A stretch of DNA of 26,072 nt, taken from a virus. Lineage: Duplodnaviria > Caudoviricetes. Position numbers and translations under genes: made by a program. Of this stretch, positions 15,781 to 25,408 are shown piece after piece. The DNA is taken from IMG/VR virus record IMGVR_UViG_3300037484_000278, positions 1 through 26,072 of that record. The stretch is one strand, 5' to 3'. Numbering within the stretch: the stretch's first letter is position 1; every line of letters starts with the position of its first letter. Below the pieces are notes generated by a model. It was not told where the DNA came from. It worked only from the letters and a program-made list of their open reading frames with translations, and searched no databases.

Positions 15781-17684
15781 CCACCTCCAATGCCCGGAAT
15801 CGTGAACCCAGCGGCTTCTAGTTCAGCGATTTTCTGCGCGGTAAGCGTGCCCTTAATGACCTGTACGGCACTTCCATCGGGACGGATTACGCTGATCGGT
15901 TGGTCAATCCCGGCTTCGATGTTCTGTTTTTGAATGACGGCGAACCGCCGAGCCTGTTGTGCTTGCGGCGACGTGTCCGATTTCTCGATTCCAAACAAGC
16001 CTTCCGCGAATCCAACGCCAAACTCGCCAATGCCCTTTCCGGCTTTGGCCGTACCCACGGCGGCTGCCACTGGCACGGCAGCAACCGCGCCGGGAATCTT
16101 ACGAACCGCTTGCCCTACGGCGTGCCCTGCGCCTTCCGGACCTTCCGCAGAAGCCGCACTACCGGGCGGCGGTACAGCTTGCGCCGGTTGTTCCGCCTGC
16201 AAGACGGCGGCGGCCCTAGCGGCGTTTTGAGCGGCGTCATTGCCAATTGCGGTCAGCCGATCCTTCAGGTCCGCGAGCGACGGATCGGTTTCAATCGCCG
16301 GGAAATACGCCTGCGCCTGTTTGCGAAGTCGAGCATAGTCGTCCATCGTCAGAGTGCCGGTGCCGATCTTCGCTATTTGCTCATCAACCATAACCTCGAA
16401 CTTCGGCAGTTGGCGTGCCTGTTGACCAGCGCGAACGTACTGCGCCACCATGCCGGGATCGTCGCTCTTTTTGATTGCCTCCCCAATGAGGTCTTGATTG
16501 AACTTCGTTTCGGGATCGACTTCGATCTTTTTCCGTGTAAAGCTGTTGCCATCCCAAGCGTAGTGTTTCTGCTCTTCTGGCAATATCCCCGCAGCCGTCA
16601 TCCGCTTCGCGGCTTCTTGCGGATTTTTCGGCGCTCCCGGCGTGATCGTCTTTGGGAAATAGTTTATCTGTCCCCTGGCGTCGCGCCTTGGAACCATGAG
16701 TGTCGTTTCGTCCTCATAATAAGGCTTGCCCCAAGGCGTTTTTGTTCGAGCGCCAGTTTGCGGATCAACGCCTATGTTCGGTGGCAACTGTCGTTTGCCC
16801 CGCCCCATTCGAGACTGAGCAAAGTCGTACCGCAACTGCTTGGCGATTGAACTGGCCTCGTAGGGCAGTATATTGCCCGCAGCGATGTCGTCTTTGATGC
16901 TCTGATGCCCGTCCTGAACCGTGGCGAGCTTGGCGTCATCCGGTTCCGGAGCGTACATCGGCCCCAGATTGTTCAGGTCGTCATCGAGCGCGTAGAGGTC
17001 ACTTGCGCCGCCGTAACGCGCCGCGTACCTGGCGCGTTGCTGGAAAAACTCTTGCTCGATTTCACGGTCAGAAGCCGCGCCTTGCACGTCGGCGAGCGCT
17101 TGATCGAACGAAACGCCTCTTTGACGAGCAAGATTGGCGACTTGATCTATGGTGGTTCCGGCTTTGGCCGCTAATGCGGCGGCAGTCGCGCGACCTTCAC
17201 GAGTAGGCTGATAGCCGTAGATTTGCTGATCTCGGCGGGCTTGTTCAATCGTGTTGACCGCACCGGCGGCGGTCCCGATCGCGCCCGCATAATCTTCACC
17301 GGCAAGCTGACTGCCGAGCTGCGCGCCAACCGCACCAGCCGATAGCAGGCCGCCGAGTCCGACGACCCCGCCGGTGCCGAGCAGGCCGGTGGTGGCCGCG
17401 GTTCCCGCCCCGGCAGCACCGGCCGCGCCAACAGGACCGGCGAGCAGACTTCCAGCCTCACCGACGCCAGCCACGGCTGGAGCGCCAGCCAACCCCAGCG
17501 CCGGAGCGGCAAGGCCCGCCGTCGCCGCCGTGGCGATCGCGGTACCGATAATGGCGGTGTTCTTTTGTCGCTTTTTGCGGGCCGCTAAGTCCTTATCGTG
17601 CTCTTCTTTTTGCTTTTGGCTTTCAGCGGTAGCCAGATTAGCCCAGAACTGCGCGATCGGATCAGGACGTTCGATGATCGGCAT
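15777..17684 (-). CDS. Putative internal virion / ejection protein, 635 aa
   Basis: Long Gly/Ala-rich hydrophobic stretch after a basic patch; Gln/Ala-rich helical remainder; ATGA-coupled to the 1408-aa gene. Confidence 0.6.
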   Translation of the reverse strand: MPIIERPDPIAQFWANLATAESQKQKEEHDKDLAARKKRQKNTAIIGTAIATAATAGLAAPALGLAGAPAVAGVGEAGSLLAGPVGAAGAAGAGTAATTGLLGTGGVVGLGGLLSAGAVGAQLGSQLAGEDYAGAIGTAAGAVNTIEQARRDQQIYGYQPTREGRATAAALAAKAGTTIDQVANLARQRGVSFDQALADVQGAASDREIEQEFFQQRARYAARYGGASDLYALDDDLNNLGPMYAPEPDDAKLATVQDGHQSIKDDIAAGNILPYEASSIAKQLRYDFAQSRMGRGKRQLPPNIGVDPQTGARTKTPWGKPYYEDETTLMVPRRDARGQINYFPKTITPGAPKNPQEAAKRMTAAGILPEEQKHYAWDGNSFTRKKIEVDPETKFNQDLIGEAIKKSDDPGMVAQYVRAGQQARQLPKFEVMVDEQIAKIGTGTLTMDDYARLRKQAQAYFPAIETDPSLADLKDRLTAIGNDAAQNAARAAAVLQAEQPAQAVPPPGSAASAEGPEGAGHAVGQAVRKIPGAVAAVPVAAAVGTAKAGKGIGEFGVGFAEGLFGIEKSDTSPQAQQARRFAVIQKQNIEAGIDQPISVIRPDGSAVQVIKGTLTAQKIAELEAAGFTIPGIGGG

Positions 17685-17687
17685 GGT

Positions 17688-18245
17688 TCACGACCGAGCC
17701 GCTGGCATGAAAGGCGTCACAGCCCCCGGCGGGAATAGGAAGCGATTTCGATTGAACTCCGCGCGCTGCTCCGCGGCAAACTGATTGGCCGCGATCTCGC
17801 CGCCCCCGAACGTACTCTCCACGCCCAGCAAGGTGTTGATCCGCTCATCGTTGACGCGGCGCAGTTCGTCGCTGCGGTTGCGCTCGTTCGCGTACGCCAC
17901 ACTGGGCGCGACCGTCGAGCCGCCGATTCCCCGCGCACGAAGTCCGGCCTGACCCGACGCGCCCAACTGATCGAATCGCTGGTTCACGTCGCGGGTCGCC
18001 TGATCGGAAAGCCCGCCCGCCAACCCCCGCGCCCGACCGTAAAGATCGCGAGCCATGCCGGTCGTGTTGCCGATAGAACCGAGCGACTCAGCGGTCTGCT
18101 GACCGTAAAGATTGGCCTCCGCCGCCGGTCCTTCGATGAACTCCTGCCATTTCTTTTCTTGCCCGATGCTCTGCAAGAAATTGATGACCTTTCCGTAGAA
18201 ATCTCCTCCGCTCGAAAAACTCGGCAACGGACCAAATCCGGCCAT
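17688..18245 (-). CDS. Putative small ejection (pilot-like) protein
   Basis: GGAGG RBS; Gly/Ala/Gln-rich with an LRARGIGGST motif; first of three ejection-type genes. Confidence 0.55.
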   Translation of the reverse strand: MAGFGPLPSFSSGGDFYGKVINFLQSIGQEKKWQEFIEGPAAEANLYGQQTAESLGSIGNTTGMARDLYGRARGLAGGLSDQATRDVNQRFDQLGASGQAGLRARGIGGSTVAPSVAYANERNRSDELRRVNDERINTLLGVESTFGGGEIAANQFAAEQRAEFNRNRFLFPPGAVTPFMPAARS

Positions 18246-18262
18246 GGGACACCTCCGCCTTC

Positions 18263-18874
18263 CTAGGACTCCGTAACCGTAACTCGCGCCCCGAGCAGGA
18301 TGATGTCCGTGGACGCAGCGGTCGTGGCCGTCAGGAGCAAGTAATAGGTCTTTCCGAAGGCCACCACTTCCGTAAGGCCGGTTTTCGCGGCATCCACGGC
18401 AGTGTCGGCCGTCACCGAAACTTGGGTGATCGAACCGATGCTCGCGTCCGTCGGCTCGGCCGCCACGTTAGTAACGGCGCGCAAATCCGCGTCGAGCGTG
18501 ACGATTCCACCCGCCGATTCGATCTGTGCGTCAATACTGAAGGCCGTGATCGTGTCGCCGACCTTTAGATCGGTTAGCGGGATAACCAGCGTCGAGCCGG
18601 TTTGCGACGCCGGAACGGTTCCCAAATAGGGCAGATTGGTAGCCGCCTTTACCGCCCACCCCGCAGTCGCGCCGATTTTAGCCCCGACGCGCACGTGCTT
18701 GTCTACGCCAGTGCGGACCTGCGATCCGGTATTGGTCTGCGTGCCGGTAACAGTCAACGTCGTCACGGTCAGCGACTTCAACGTTTCCGCCGTTCGATCC
18801 CTGTTGATGGCCTTCCCGTCAGGGTAGATATTATCCGATTGCGCCACTTTGCGCGGAAAATTCATTGTATTCAT
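18263..18874 (-). CDS. Hypothetical beta-rich virion protein
   Basis: GAGGAG RBS; Thr/Ala/Val-rich with a jelly-roll-like pattern; located in the structural operon. Confidence 0.65.
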   Translation of the reverse strand: MNTMNFPRKVAQSDNIYPDGKAINRDRTAETLKSLTVTTLTVTGTQTNTGSQVRTGVDKHVRVGAKIGATAGWAVKAATNLPYLGTVPASQTGSTLVIPLTDLKVGDTITAFSIDAQIESAGGIVTLDADLRAVTNVAAEPTDASIGSITQVSVTADTAVDAAKTGLTEVVAFGKTYYLLLTATTAASTDIILLGARVTVTES

Positions 18875-18889
18875 GCTTTACTCCTCGCG

Positions 18890-19255
18890 CTACTGCGCGT
18901 GAAAGACGTTTAGTTTTGCCGTGCTGCCCGCCGCCGCCGGATCGGCCAACGTCACCACGACCGCGCCGTTGACCTTGCCGATCAGGCCGTTGTCAAAGTT
19001 CAACTGGTGTTCCCCGGCGGCCAACGGGAAATCCACCTGGTACACCATCGCCCCATCGTCGTTCAAGCCGCTGACCGTAATGCCCGCCACCGTCGGGGTA
19101 CCGATGTAGCTGCAATGGATCGCCGTGATGATGTTCCGCTTGCCCGCGACAGCCGCGAGCGTTACGACCGCCGCCGTATCGGCGGCTGGCAAATGCTGCG
19201 AAATCTTCACCTTAAACTGCGTTCGGGAAGGCAATCCTCTAGCGGCCATCGGCAA
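18890..19255 (-). CDS. Hypothetical small virion protein
   Basis: AAGGAG upstream; beta-rich composition. Start uncertain (TTG 19255 or ATG 19249). Confidence 0.65.
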   Translation of the reverse strand: MPMAARGLPSRTQFKVKISQHLPAADTAAVVTLAAVAGKRNIITAIHCSYIGTPTVAGITVSGLNDDGAMVYQVDFPLAAGEHQLNFDNGLIGKVNGAVVVTLADPAAAGSTAKLNVFHAQ

Positions 19256-19260
19256 ACTCC

Positions 19261-20247
19261 TTAATCGTACGACACGCCCTGCACCGTAACGGCGGCGGTG
19301 TCGATCAAATCATCGTGTTCTAGGTATCCGCCGTAACGACGGCGGTTGTGCGGCTCGCGCGGGCGAGTGATTCCCAATCGCTCCGAACGGTTGTGCCGAA
19401 CGTCGTCCGCAATCGCAATCCTCAGCGCCATCGTGAATTCGTCCCGCCGGTTGCTCTTGTGATCGTTGAACATCGCTTCCGCCGCCGCCATGCACGCCTT
19501 ACGCAGCGTTTCCGCGTACTTCAACCCGCCGTAGGGATACAAGCCCGCCGTCAGGGCGTTGGGATGAACCTCATAGCGGAAGTTCACCGCGTAGTCCTGA
19601 TCGGGAATGGGATGAACGGCCAAATCGAAACGCTGCCCGGTGACGCCGTCGGTCGTGAGCGGACGCACGCCCGCCATCGTGGGTCGGGCGGGGTCATTGT
19701 TCACCTGCAAGGCCGCCGCGACCAGCGATTCCGTCGTAACGGTGATCTGCCGCTGATCGTTGGTTCCCGCTCCGAACACAATGGTCGGCGAGTACAAGCT
19801 CCCGTAGTCATCGGGCAACCGATACACCCCGTCCGCCGTGACGGTGAACGTCGTGCTGGAATCCGCCACCGCCGTGGAATCAACCGTAATGACGGTCGAA
19901 GACGTGTAGCCCGTGATGGTATAGCTGTTGCCCGACAGGAACACGATCTCGTGCCCGATCATCGACGGGAAGAACTTGGCCGTCGTGCTCGTGACGGTCG
20001 TGGTCAATCCTGCCGCCGCCGTGCCGGTCGCGGTGGTCCACAACGTGAACGTCACCCGTGGCCGTTTGAACGACCAGTCGTGCGCGGCCAGGAAATCCCG
20101 GTATCCGGCTTTGTTGGCGGCTTCGACGTTTGCGACCTGGGCGGACGACAGCCCCTCGGCGGCGTCGGCTTTCCGACCCCAGCCGAGATCGAAAGCTGTG
20201 GACCGCGCCAGGTCTTCAAACGTCAGCGATAGCGTGCTTTCCGCCAT
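19261..20247 (-). CDS. Head-tail adaptor / tail tubular protein A-like, with an inserted Thr-rich beta domain
   Basis: HDWSF, YRLPDDYG and HPIPDQDY motifs typical of phage adaptors; position after the capsid genes. Confidence 0.7.
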   Translation of the reverse strand: MAESTLSLTFEDLARSTAFDLGWGRKADAAEGLSSAQVANVEAANKAGYRDFLAAHDWSFKRPRVTFTLWTTATGTAAAGLTTTVTSTTAKFFPSMIGHEIVFLSGNSYTITGYTSSTVITVDSTAVADSSTTFTVTADGVYRLPDDYGSLYSPTIVFGAGTNDQRQITVTTESLVAAALQVNNDPARPTMAGVRPLTTDGVTGQRFDLAVHPIPDQDYAVNFRYEVHPNALTAGLYPYGGLKYAETLRKACMAAAEAMFNDHKSNRRDEFTMALRIAIADDVRHNRSERLGITRPREPHNRRRYGGYLEHDDLIDTAAVTVQGVSYD

Positions 20248-20250
20248 CAG

Positions 20251-21069
20251 TTAGCTCGGCACCATGCCGCACGCAATCCATTCGCAACGCAACGAAGTGA
20301 TGTCCGTCACGTTCTTGACCGCGATCGTCGGGCACATCAGCTTTTGATCGCCTGCCGCCGCGACGCCCATCGGGAACGTGCTAAGGAGACAAGTCGCCTT
20401 GGAGATCGCCACGGCGGACCGAACATTGGTCTCGTAGACCGTCACCCACCGCGAAGCCGGATGCAGATTGGGCCGATACACAAACCCGACCTGAACCACC
20501 TCATCGGCGGCAAGGGTCTCGATCGCTCCGTCCACCACGACGGTGCTGCCCTCTTCTTTGTGGGTCAGTTCAAGGATCGTCGGCGTCGCTTCCAACGTCG
20601 AAAACCCGATGAAATCGCTGTCCCGCAATGCCCCGGCGTCGGTGATGTGGTCTCCGGCGGGCGTCACGTACTCCATCAGTCCGACGAAACAGTTGCCCAC
20701 CACCGCGCCCAGGGAAAACCGGGCCTCGAAGTAAATATCGTAGGCCGCCGTCACCGCGGGATTAATGAACTTGGCCATCGCCCCGGCCTGACCGGCCTGC
20801 ATCTCGACGGCTTGGTTGTCATCGGCGTCGGTCGTCAATTCGACCGCGCCGAATTCGTCGTTCGCAAGATCAACGCTGGGGGTAATGGTTCCGCCGGTGT
20901 CGATGAACGTAGTCCACTGCCCCAGCCCCTTGTTGAACTTGTCGTAGAAAAACGTGCCCTTGAAGTGCGGGGAATCCGCGCTCGCCCACGGAAAATTCCC
21001 CCAAATCTGACGGCTGAGGGTTCCGTCGGCCATGCCCAACGGCATGACTCCTCGAATCGCTGTACTCAT
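20251..21069 (-). CDS. Putative capsid decoration / minor capsid protein
   Basis: GAAAGGA RBS; immediately after the major capsid gene; beta-sandwich-like sequence. Confidence 0.55.
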   Translation of the reverse strand: MSTAIRGVMPLGMADGTLSRQIWGNFPWASADSPHFKGTFFYDKFNKGLGQWTTFIDTGGTITPSVDLANDEFGAVELTTDADDNQAVEMQAGQAGAMAKFINPAVTAAYDIYFEARFSLGAVVGNCFVGLMEYVTPAGDHITDAGALRDSDFIGFSTLEATPTILELTHKEEGSTVVVDGAIETLAADEVVQVGFVYRPNLHPASRWVTVYETNVRSAVAISKATCLLSTFPMGVAAAGDQKLMCPTIAVKNVTDITSLRCEWIACGMVPS

Positions 21070-21091
21070 CTCATCATTCCTTTCTCGGCGC

Positions 21092-22180
21092 TTACGGAGC
21101 CGTGCTTTCGCCGAATGGAGCAGCTTTTGCCATGACGGCCTGCCGACGACGGCTCAAGCCGACCCAGTTGTACTTGAAGAACACGCCCCACCACTTTTGA
21201 TGGGACATCGGGACCGTGCCGTTCTTCTCCTTGAACCGCCAGCCCGGCACGAACACCGGGAACAGCAGATTGTGGTTGATGAAATACCACGGGAAGGAGT
21301 TGGTCGCCGGACTGCCGGTGCCGTCGGAGTTCAACTGCGGGACCGCGATGGGCGTCAGGCCCTTCAACATGCCGCGCCCGTACATCGGCAAGCCGTCCGA
21401 ACCGAGCTGGTCGTTCTGGGTGTTCAGCATCAGTTCGTAGTCGCTCAGCGAATCGTCGCCGCAGTACACCCGCAGGGCGTCGATCGTTCCGCCCTGCATC
21501 CCCTTGGCCTTGGTGGGGGGCACGAAATTGATGGCCCGGAACAAGTTCGACGCCTTGAGGCTGAAGTCCTCGTGGATGTAGTCGGTGAACAGGTCCGCGT
21601 AGTTGCGATAGCGCGTATTCGCCGTCACCGGGTCGATGTTGGCGACCAACGTGTGACCGCCGCCCGGCAATGCGCCCTGGAACCCGCCGGATGCGTCCGA
21701 CGGGCACGCCACATAGTAGGGAATCCCCACTTCGTTGAGCGTGTCGCCGGTCGCGGGAACCGACCAACTGCGCAGTTCGATCGACTCGCAGAGTCGCTGG
21801 TACATCATCTGCATACCGAGTTCGACCTCATCGACGAGTTGGGCCTCGCCGGAGTTCATGTCGATGTCGGATTCGTCGATTCCGTTGGTTTCCTCGCCGT
21901 GGCGAATGTGAATCTCCGCCTGTACGAGTTTGTTCTGATTGTCCGCCGTGAACGTCTTGTAGGGCGCGGTCCGCGCCTTCGGGGTGCCGGGATCGTCGGC
22001 GATCCGCCAGGTGAACTTCTTACCCGGCCATTCCTTCCCGATGCTCCCGTCCATCACGATTTCGGTTGTCGGATAGCGAGCCAGGGTCTGCAATTCGGAG
22101 AACCACTCTCCTTGCCGCAGTACGTCTCTGGTCGAGACGCCCATGCTCAGGCTGTCCGTATTGGGGTTATAGTTGGCCAT
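21092..22180 (-). CDS. Major capsid protein (HK97-fold expected), 362 aa
   Basis: Size and position after the acidic scaffold; EELxxN-like IDESDIDMNSGEAQLVD segment; C-terminal WYFINHN and SRRRQAV patterns. Confidence 0.8.
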   Translation of the reverse strand: MANYNPNTDSLSMGVSTRDVLRQGEWFSELQTLARYPTTEIVMDGSIGKEWPGKKFTWRIADDPGTPKARTAPYKTFTADNQNKLVQAEIHIRHGEETNGIDESDIDMNSGEAQLVDEVELGMQMMYQRLCESIELRSWSVPATGDTLNEVGIPYYVACPSDASGGFQGALPGGGHTLVANIDPVTANTRYRNYADLFTDYIHEDFSLKASNLFRAINFVPPTKAKGMQGGTIDALRVYCGDDSLSDYELMLNTQNDQLGSDGLPMYGRGMLKGLTPIAVPQLNSDGTGSPATNSFPWYFINHNLLFPVFVPGWRFKEKNGTVPMSHQKWWGVFFKYNWVGLSRRRQAVMAKAAPFGESTAP

Positions 22181-22207
22181 ACAGCCCGTTTACCTTTCCA
22201 CGCGCGC

Positions 22208-23125
22208 CTATCGTCGCAGCGCCCCGGCCAACGCCGCCGCCCGCTGGCGGATTCCGCCCCCCGTAGGGGCCGGTCCGCCGCCGGTCGGTTTCGTTGCCGC
22301 CGAGACCTGCAACTCTTTTCGTTTCGCGTCCGCCGTCGCGCGTTCGAGTGCGAACGCCTTTTCCATGAAGATCGCGTTACGCGCTCGTGGCAGCGCCTCA
22401 TTGAGCGACATGCGACGGCCATTGGCCGCGTAGCGCCCGGTCATCGCGGTCGCAGCCTTCCAAACCTCCACGCGGTTCAGGAACTCTTGCGACTGCGGAT
22501 TCATTTCGCTCGTGGCACCCTTGCCGAACACCTCGGACCATTGCGGGCCTTGGCTTTCGACGAATCGGTCCACCACGGCATTATTCTGTTGCACGATCGA
22601 ATCCTTGCGGAACTGCTCCTGGGCTTGCAGCTTCTCCGCGTAGAACTTGTGAAGACGATCGAACTGCTTGGCGACGTGGGCCTCAAGGCCGGTCATATTC
22701 TTGACCAGCGGGTTCGTCTCGTTGATTTCGTCCGTCGGATCGAACTGCAACTTGAACGGCTCGTACGCGAATTCCGGCGGCGCGTCGGCGGCGAACCGCC
22801 CGTTCTCGCGGCGCGGAGGAGGCGGCGGCGCTTGCTGAACCGGCGGGGGCTGTTGCCATTCCGCCATCGCCGACTGAATGGTCATGCGGTCCGCGCTCGC
22901 CATCATGCGCTCGACCGTCTCGCGGGGCATGACCCGCAGGTCCGCTTCGCTCAGGCTGAACGACTTGGCCCGTTCGACGTAGCCCGCGTCTAGCGGCTCA
23001 GCAGCAGCCTCAACGACAACGGTTTCGTCGGCAACGGTTTCGGTGACGGGCCCCACCACTTCCGCGATCTGTTGATCGGGCGGTAGGACCGGCTCAGTCG
23101 TCTGGACGTTCGGATCGTCTGCCAT
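22208..23125 (-). CDS. Capsid scaffolding protein
   Basis: GGAG RBS before ATG 23125; acidic Pro-rich N-terminus, RRENGRFA motif, coiled-coil C-terminus; directly upstream of the capsid gene. Confidence 0.72.
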   Translation of the reverse strand: MADDPNVQTTEPVLPPDQQIAEVVGPVTETVADETVVVEAAAEPLDAGYVERAKSFSLSEADLRVMPRETVERMMASADRMTIQSAMAEWQQPPPVQQAPPPPPRRENGRFAADAPPEFAYEPFKLQFDPTDEINETNPLVKNMTGLEAHVAKQFDRLHKFYAEKLQAQEQFRKDSIVQQNNAVVDRFVESQGPQWSEVFGKGATSEMNPQSQEFLNRVEVWKAATAMTGRYAANGRRMSLNEALPRARNAIFMEKAFALERATADAKRKELQVSAATKPTGGGPAPTGGGIRQRAAALAGALRR

Positions 23126-23159
23126 TCGATGCTCCACTTCGCCACGCTCAGTGACGAAC

Positions 23160-23201
23160 AAAAAAAGAGGGGGCCGTCGAGCGAATGCCCGACTGCCCCC
23201 T
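23160..23201 (-). terminator. Intrinsic terminator downstream of HNH and upstream of the scaffold gene
   Basis: RNA AGGGGGCAGUCGGGC-AUUC-GCUCGACGGCCCCCU (15-position stem, one mismatch) followed by C and U7. Confidence 0.75.
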
Positions 23202-23247
23202 AAACGGACAGTGAAGGTTTAGGCTTCTCGTCGGTAGCTAACCGACT

Positions 23248-23622
23248 TTAGCCCGCTGCGAGCCGTCGGGAATTCGCCCCGCGGCCCCGATTAACCTCGA
23301 ATCCCAAATCCGCCATCGTTTCAATCCGATGGCAATTAGGACACAAGGGAATCACGTTCGATTCAATATATCCTTTGCCTGGGTCTAATCTGTGCCTATC
23401 ACAGAAGGACTCAGACCAACCACACCGACAACACGGCGATAGACTCAGCTTGTAAACTTTCGTCGGCAGCCTTCTGCCGTAACGCTGGGCGCACCCCATC
23501 AGCATCCCATACTTTAGTTTGTGGTGATGCGTACACAGTTTGGCGCGACTCTGTTTTTTGCCTTTCGGCATTCCAAGCCTACGGCAACCAGGATACTCGC
23601 ACTGTCTTTTCTCGAATCTCAT
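23248..23622 (-). CDS. HNH endonuclease (Zn-binding, free-standing)
   Basis: CEYPGC...CTHH N-terminal motif; CCRCGW...DRHRL...GY..SNVIPLCPNCHR; visibly more AT-rich than its neighbours. Confidence 0.85.
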   Translation of the reverse strand: MRFEKRQCEYPGCRRLGMPKGKKQSRAKLCTHHHKLKYGMLMGCAQRYGRRLPTKVYKLSLSPCCRCGWSESFCDRHRLDPGKGYIESNVIPLCPNCHRIETMADLGFEVNRGRGANSRRLAAG

Positions 23623-23671
23623 CGCCTTCGTCGGGACCGCCGTGAATCGGCGGCCCCCTATTTCCTCTACA

Positions 23672-23699
23672 ACTCTACGCCCTATTCAACCAACGTCAA
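23672..23699 (-). promoter_or_regulatory. Putative sigma70-type promoter for the HNH gene
   Basis: TTGACG(23699-23694)-N16-TAGAGT(23677-23672), overlapping the portal stop codon and followed by a 10-bp hairpin at 23633-23657. Confidence 0.45.
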
Positions 23700-25408
23700 G
23701 CGGGCTGCGTCTGTGCCCCGCCTGAGAATATCATTCGCTCCACCATCTTGCTCTGCTTGGGCTGGCCGTTACCGCCGCTCGATCGGGCCGGTGGTCTGGC
23801 GAACTGGCCCGCCGCTTCCACGCCCGGCACCACCGACTCGGCGTTGGGGGCCTCGCCGAACAACTCATTCAGTTCCGGGGCGTTGCCATATTCGGCCATC
23901 AGTTCCTTGAACCGGCGGTGATGGAACACTTCCTGCTCGTTGCCCGGCAACGCCATCATGCTGGCGACGGCCTGTACGGACTGGACGAGGAACTGCAACT
24001 GGCCTTCGGCGCTGCGGCTCACCATCGAGCCGGGGATGATTTCCATTTCCTGCTCATCCGGGTTCATACCCGCCGCGATTTCCGGCGTCCAAGTCGATCG
24101 GACGGTATTGCCGTTGCCGGTCGTCCACATAACACCGCCCTCGGTGTTGGGATCGCCGCCGTCCTCCACCCTGCGATTCAGCCGCAGGGGATCACGCAGA
24201 ATGTACCAACCGGCGACCTCGTAGAGCCGTTTCGCCAGTTTGTTCATGCGGGTCCGCATGTCGTCGATCATGGCCTGCACGCCGACGCCCAGCCCACGTT
24301 CCTGACCCAACGTCTCCGCCGACGGACCCAGCCCGCCCACCAGCTTCAAGTTCCCGGCGTCGGTATCGAACAGATCGTCGGCGTGAATGGCGGCGGCCAG
24401 CGTCTGCGGATTGACCCCCCCCTTGGTGATCTTTTCGATGCCCTTGGGGTTGTCCATCCCGACGTATTCACCGTCGATCAGGGTGCGGTGCTTCTCGGCG
24501 TCCTTCTCGGAATTCTTGTCGTACGCATAACCCTCCATCGCCCGGTCGGCCTGGGTGTAGACCTGCCGGTAGGCCCGGACCACGAATTCATGCAGATCGT
24601 ACAGCATCGACATCCGCGACACCGGGACCATCGTGCCGCGCACGTCGCCCAGACTCAGCCGGAGATAGGGGCCGGGCGGCGGGCCGACGTAGGGCCGCAC
24701 CCGCAACGGCTCCAGCACGATGTTGTTCTCATCGTCCGTGATGGTCAGTTCCACGTTTTCTTCGGGGAGCCATACGCAACGCAGGTCAATCCAGGGATAC
24801 AAAGTGGTGGTCTCGTTGCGGTATCGCGTTTTGACCCCCTCGGACAGCCGATCGACGACGTTTTGATCGTAGCTGGCGTCCCGTTGAATCTCGTACAGCC
24901 GCCGCGCCCAGCAGTGACCCTCGAAGTCGATGTTGTCCTCGTCGTTGCCCCGCGTGTCGATGAAGTAATCGTCGAAGTCCAGTACCCGCACGAACGGATT
25001 CATCCCGTAGCCGGAATCCGGGGTCTCGTAGCCGGTGTAGCAGGTACCCCAACGCAACAGGCCCTCTATGAACATGTCCTGCAACACGTCGGCCATGTCC
25101 ACGTCGCGCGCCCAGTCCACCAATTGCGACCGGAGCATTCCGCTGACTCGCGGGCGTTTGCTGCGCACGATCCGCAGCGACGGATTCTGATCAACTACTC
25201 CGCGCGTCACGATGCGGACGAACTTATCGAGCGGGTTGTGCGGCTTGCGGTCGAGGCTATCGACTTCATAGGAACGGTGGCAGGGGTCGTTGATGGCGTC
25301 CAGCAGGACTTTGCGATTTTCTCGATAGGGGGCGAATTTCTGACGCTGCTCCCGAATCACCCGGCGAAGGCGCTGCATGTCCTCGGCGTTGTAGGGGTCG
25401 AAGGGCAT
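23696..25408 (-). CDS. Portal protein, 570 aa
   Basis: Size and position upstream of scaffold and capsid; helical N-terminus; DYFID, GPY..L and LVGG...SAETLGQE motifs consistent with P22/T7-type portals. Confidence 0.8.
   Translation of the reverse strand: MPFDPYNAEDMQRLRRVIREQRQKFAPYRENRKVLLDAINDPCHRSYEVDSLDRKPHNPLDKFVRIVTRGVVDQNPSLRIVRSKRPRVSGMLRSQLVDWARDVDMADVLQDMFIEGLLRWGTCYTGYETPDSGYGMNPFVRVLDFDDYFIDTRGNDEDNIDFEGHCWARRLYEIQRDASYDQNVVDRLSEGVKTRYRNETTTLYPWIDLRCVWLPEENVELTITDDENNIVLEPLRVRPYVGPPPGPYLRLSLGDVRGTMVPVSRMSMLYDLHEFVVRAYRQVYTQADRAMEGYAYDKNSEKDAEKHRTLIDGEYVGMDNPKGIEKITKGGVNPQTLAAAIHADDLFDTDAGNLKLVGGLGPSAETLGQERGLGVGVQAMIDDMRTRMNKLAKRLYEVAGWYILRDPLRLNRRVEDGGDPNTEGGVMWTTGNGNTVRSTWTPEIAAGMNPDEQEMEIIPGSMVSRSAEGQLQFLVQSVQAVASMMALPGNEQEVFHHRRFKELMAEYGNAPELNELFGEAPNAESVVPGVEAAGQFARPPARSSGGNGQPKQSKMVERMIFSGGAQTQPA

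Noticed and set aside
7194-20232. Many 100-355 aa plus-strand ORFs opposite the structural genes
   Set aside because: Fully overlapped by better-supported minus-strand genes; low stop-codon frequency in GC-rich reverse frames explains them.
21032-22993. 653-aa plus-strand ORF
   Set aside because: Antisense shadow of the scaffold and capsid genes; Arg/His/Val-rich composition typical of reverse frames in high-GC coding DNA.
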